From Squalus acanthias (lineage: Eukaryota), in assembly GCA_030390025.1 (NCBI GenBank), contig CM059428.1, forward strand, positions 155,558,001 through 155,622,000: a DNA stretch of 64,000 nt, in the 5' to 3' direction. Position 1 is the first letter of the stretch. Each line of letters begins with the position of its first letter. The position numbers and the translations under genes are program-made. The notes under the pieces are model-generated. The model saw only the letters and a list, made by a program, of their open reading frames with translations, was not told the origin of the DNA and made no database searches. Below are positions 61,981 to 64,000 of this stretch, piece by piece.

Positions 61981-63862
61981 GATCCTTTATACGGTGTTCA
62001 TCTGTAACATTTCCCAGGTCAATGACCTGAAACGCTAATCCGACCTCCCCCATCACAGGTGCTGCCTGACCTGCTGAGCGATTCCAGCATTTTCTGATTT
62101 GCACGCTGCTTTAAATCAGAATTTATGCAGGATGCTCATTTTTAGCCACTAGATTTTGTGCATACGTGACCTCTTGGAAAGTTTTTTAAGCTCTGAGGTA
62201 GGCATTCTCATTAAATAGCCTCGGTTGATTACCTGTGCTGGTGCGTCTCATTTGCTTTGATGCATTTAATAATAATTTGGCACTGTCCTGGATTGTTGTG
62301 TGATCTGTTTATAATTGCTCTTGGGTCATAATTCCCAAATGATGATTCCAGCTGGAACTGCACTCAACACTGTTCCTTCCTGGAATTTTGACTCCCTTCT
62401 TGGTGAGCCAGTAGGTGGTGCTCAAACTGCTTGATGGGGGGAAAAGTCCCTCTGCTCTTTTCTAAACATAACTTGAACTCAGACAATAACCAGTAATTAT
62501 TTTACTGCATCTTGATCACTGCAAAGGGAGATTAATGTTTACCCATGTTTTCAGAATACAAGGACACACAATTGCTCTCGCTGTTCAGCAAACTTCTCAC
62601 CCCTTTGCACTTTCATGTTGGCCAAACTTTCTTTCTTTCTCAATTCTATCTTCTGTTGCCGTTGTGTACTGAAATAAAAGGTCCACAAAACTGACAGTCA
62701 CTTAATTCTATCTGGTGCCCGTTCTTCGTATAGGACCCTCAATATTGAGTGTTGGCAGGCTTCCAGATCTTGGGGAGGTGAAGTGAGACATTTTAGCTGA
62801 TGCCAAGTCTGGTCCTGGTGCTTATCTGGCATCCATATGTTTGGAATTTGCAGTAGAGCTCCTTGGATAGGGATCAGGAGCAACCACTGAGGACAATTGT
62901 AGCACCCCCACTGTTGCCATGGGTGAGAGCAGCTTCTTCAGTGTTGATCAGAAATATAACCTAGGACCACTCTGGCCTTTTATGATTTCAGTAACTACAA
63001 TGATCCACTGGGCTATTAGGTGACATCTCAAACACTTGTTTTCAAACTTCCCTGGGCTGTCCAACAGGTGGGCTGACTATCTGCTGTCGAGCCTGTGGAG
63101 CTATTGAACCTTGTAGATGTATCAGAAAGCAACACTGTGGCTACCATCTCCCAGAGACAAATAATTATCAGTAATGGTAGAGTGGCAGATTTAAACCTGC
63201 CACTGTGTCATACCATGCATTGGGGCTCCAACTTGCTGCTTTAGGTCTTTGCTAAATACTCTGAAATGTTTGCACCTTAAAACTGGAGTTTTGTCTGAAA
63301 TAGCTATTCAGATTTTTATGAATGTGTATATATTGCTTAACATTTTATTGCAAAACTTAGTGCACGCCCATCTCTTTTGGTAGGAGGATCTAGGAACCTG
63401 AAAGTTAACATCCTCTCAGCTGTGCTATTGTATGGAGAAGCAGAGGTATGGTGTTTTCCTGACTGGTAAGGAAGATCTGAAGTGTTGACTTGGAAAAGAT
63501 TCCACTCCTATATCTCTCAGCTGGTTTCAGACTAGTAATGATTTGAGGTATGGGAATGATCCATGGAATGCTATACCTCCCCAACCTCGTGCAACAAGAA
63601 TTGTTTGACCAGACTGCTGCTTTTTGTGATAAAAGGGTTAATTTTTTTTAAACCGAGTAAGTGGATTGTTCACGTTTGTTTCACTTCCTTGTACAGCCCA
63701 GTTATTCTGGGCTGGATTAGAACCTGGGTCCTCACACTGACTTTCCCCATCAATTTAATCTCACCCATATCCCAGAAAGGACCGTGTGCTTAATCAACGT
63801 CCTTCCTTCCCCTGTGGTCTTCAACTACAGTACTGTTCCACAACAGCAGCTTGCATTTGCAA

Positions 63863-64000
63863 GTGTCAGCCCTGGTTGAGTGGTAGCACTCTTGCCTCGG
63901 AGTCAGAAGGTTGTTGGTTCAAGTCCCACTTCAGAGATTTCAGCACATAATCTAGGCGAGCATTTCAGTGCAGTACTGAGGGAGTGCTGCACAGTTGGAG
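63863..64000 (+). mobile_element. Deu-SINE 5' part, running off the window end
   Basis: GTGGTAGCACTCTTGCCTCGGAGTCAGAAGGTTG...GGTTCAAGTCCCACT...CAGTACTGAGGGAGTGCTGCAC, as at 22870-23000. Confidence 0.85.

Noticed and set aside
1-64000. CRISPR arrays, operons or other prokaryotic systems
   Set aside because: The DNA is a spliced vertebrate locus, and no regularly spaced repeat-spacer array was seen.

Overview
Vertebrate genomic DNA, most likely from a cartilaginous fish given its HE1-type V-SINE, Deu-SINEs, CR1 and Penelope-like repeats. The window holds almost the whole LARP4B gene (La-related protein 4B) on the + strand. I traced 15 GT-AG-bounded coding exons by hand, from the PAM2w exon (9317) through the La motif and RRM exons to the stop at 55342-55344; all phases are consistent and they encode 711 aa. 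A long, repeat-poor presumptive 3' UTR follows. The canonical N-terminal exons of LARP4B are not in the window. Instead there is a 3.47-kb uninterrupted ORF (373-3843) ending at a phase-0 GTGAGT donor that would join the PAM2w exon in frame. It begins MGCCFSK (myristoylation/palmitoylation consensus), followed by two [DE]xxxLL sorting motifs. The main hypothesis is an approximately 1868-aa membrane-anchored, possibly endolysosomal, LARP4B isoform. The introns carry a near-intact CR1 LINE with one homopolymer frameshift, many CR1 and L2 fragments, three SINE families, a Penelope-like GIY-YIG fragment, and short Penelope-derived inserts with minimal hammerhead ribozyme cores. All calls come from reading the sequence; no database search was run, and repeat boundaries are approximate.
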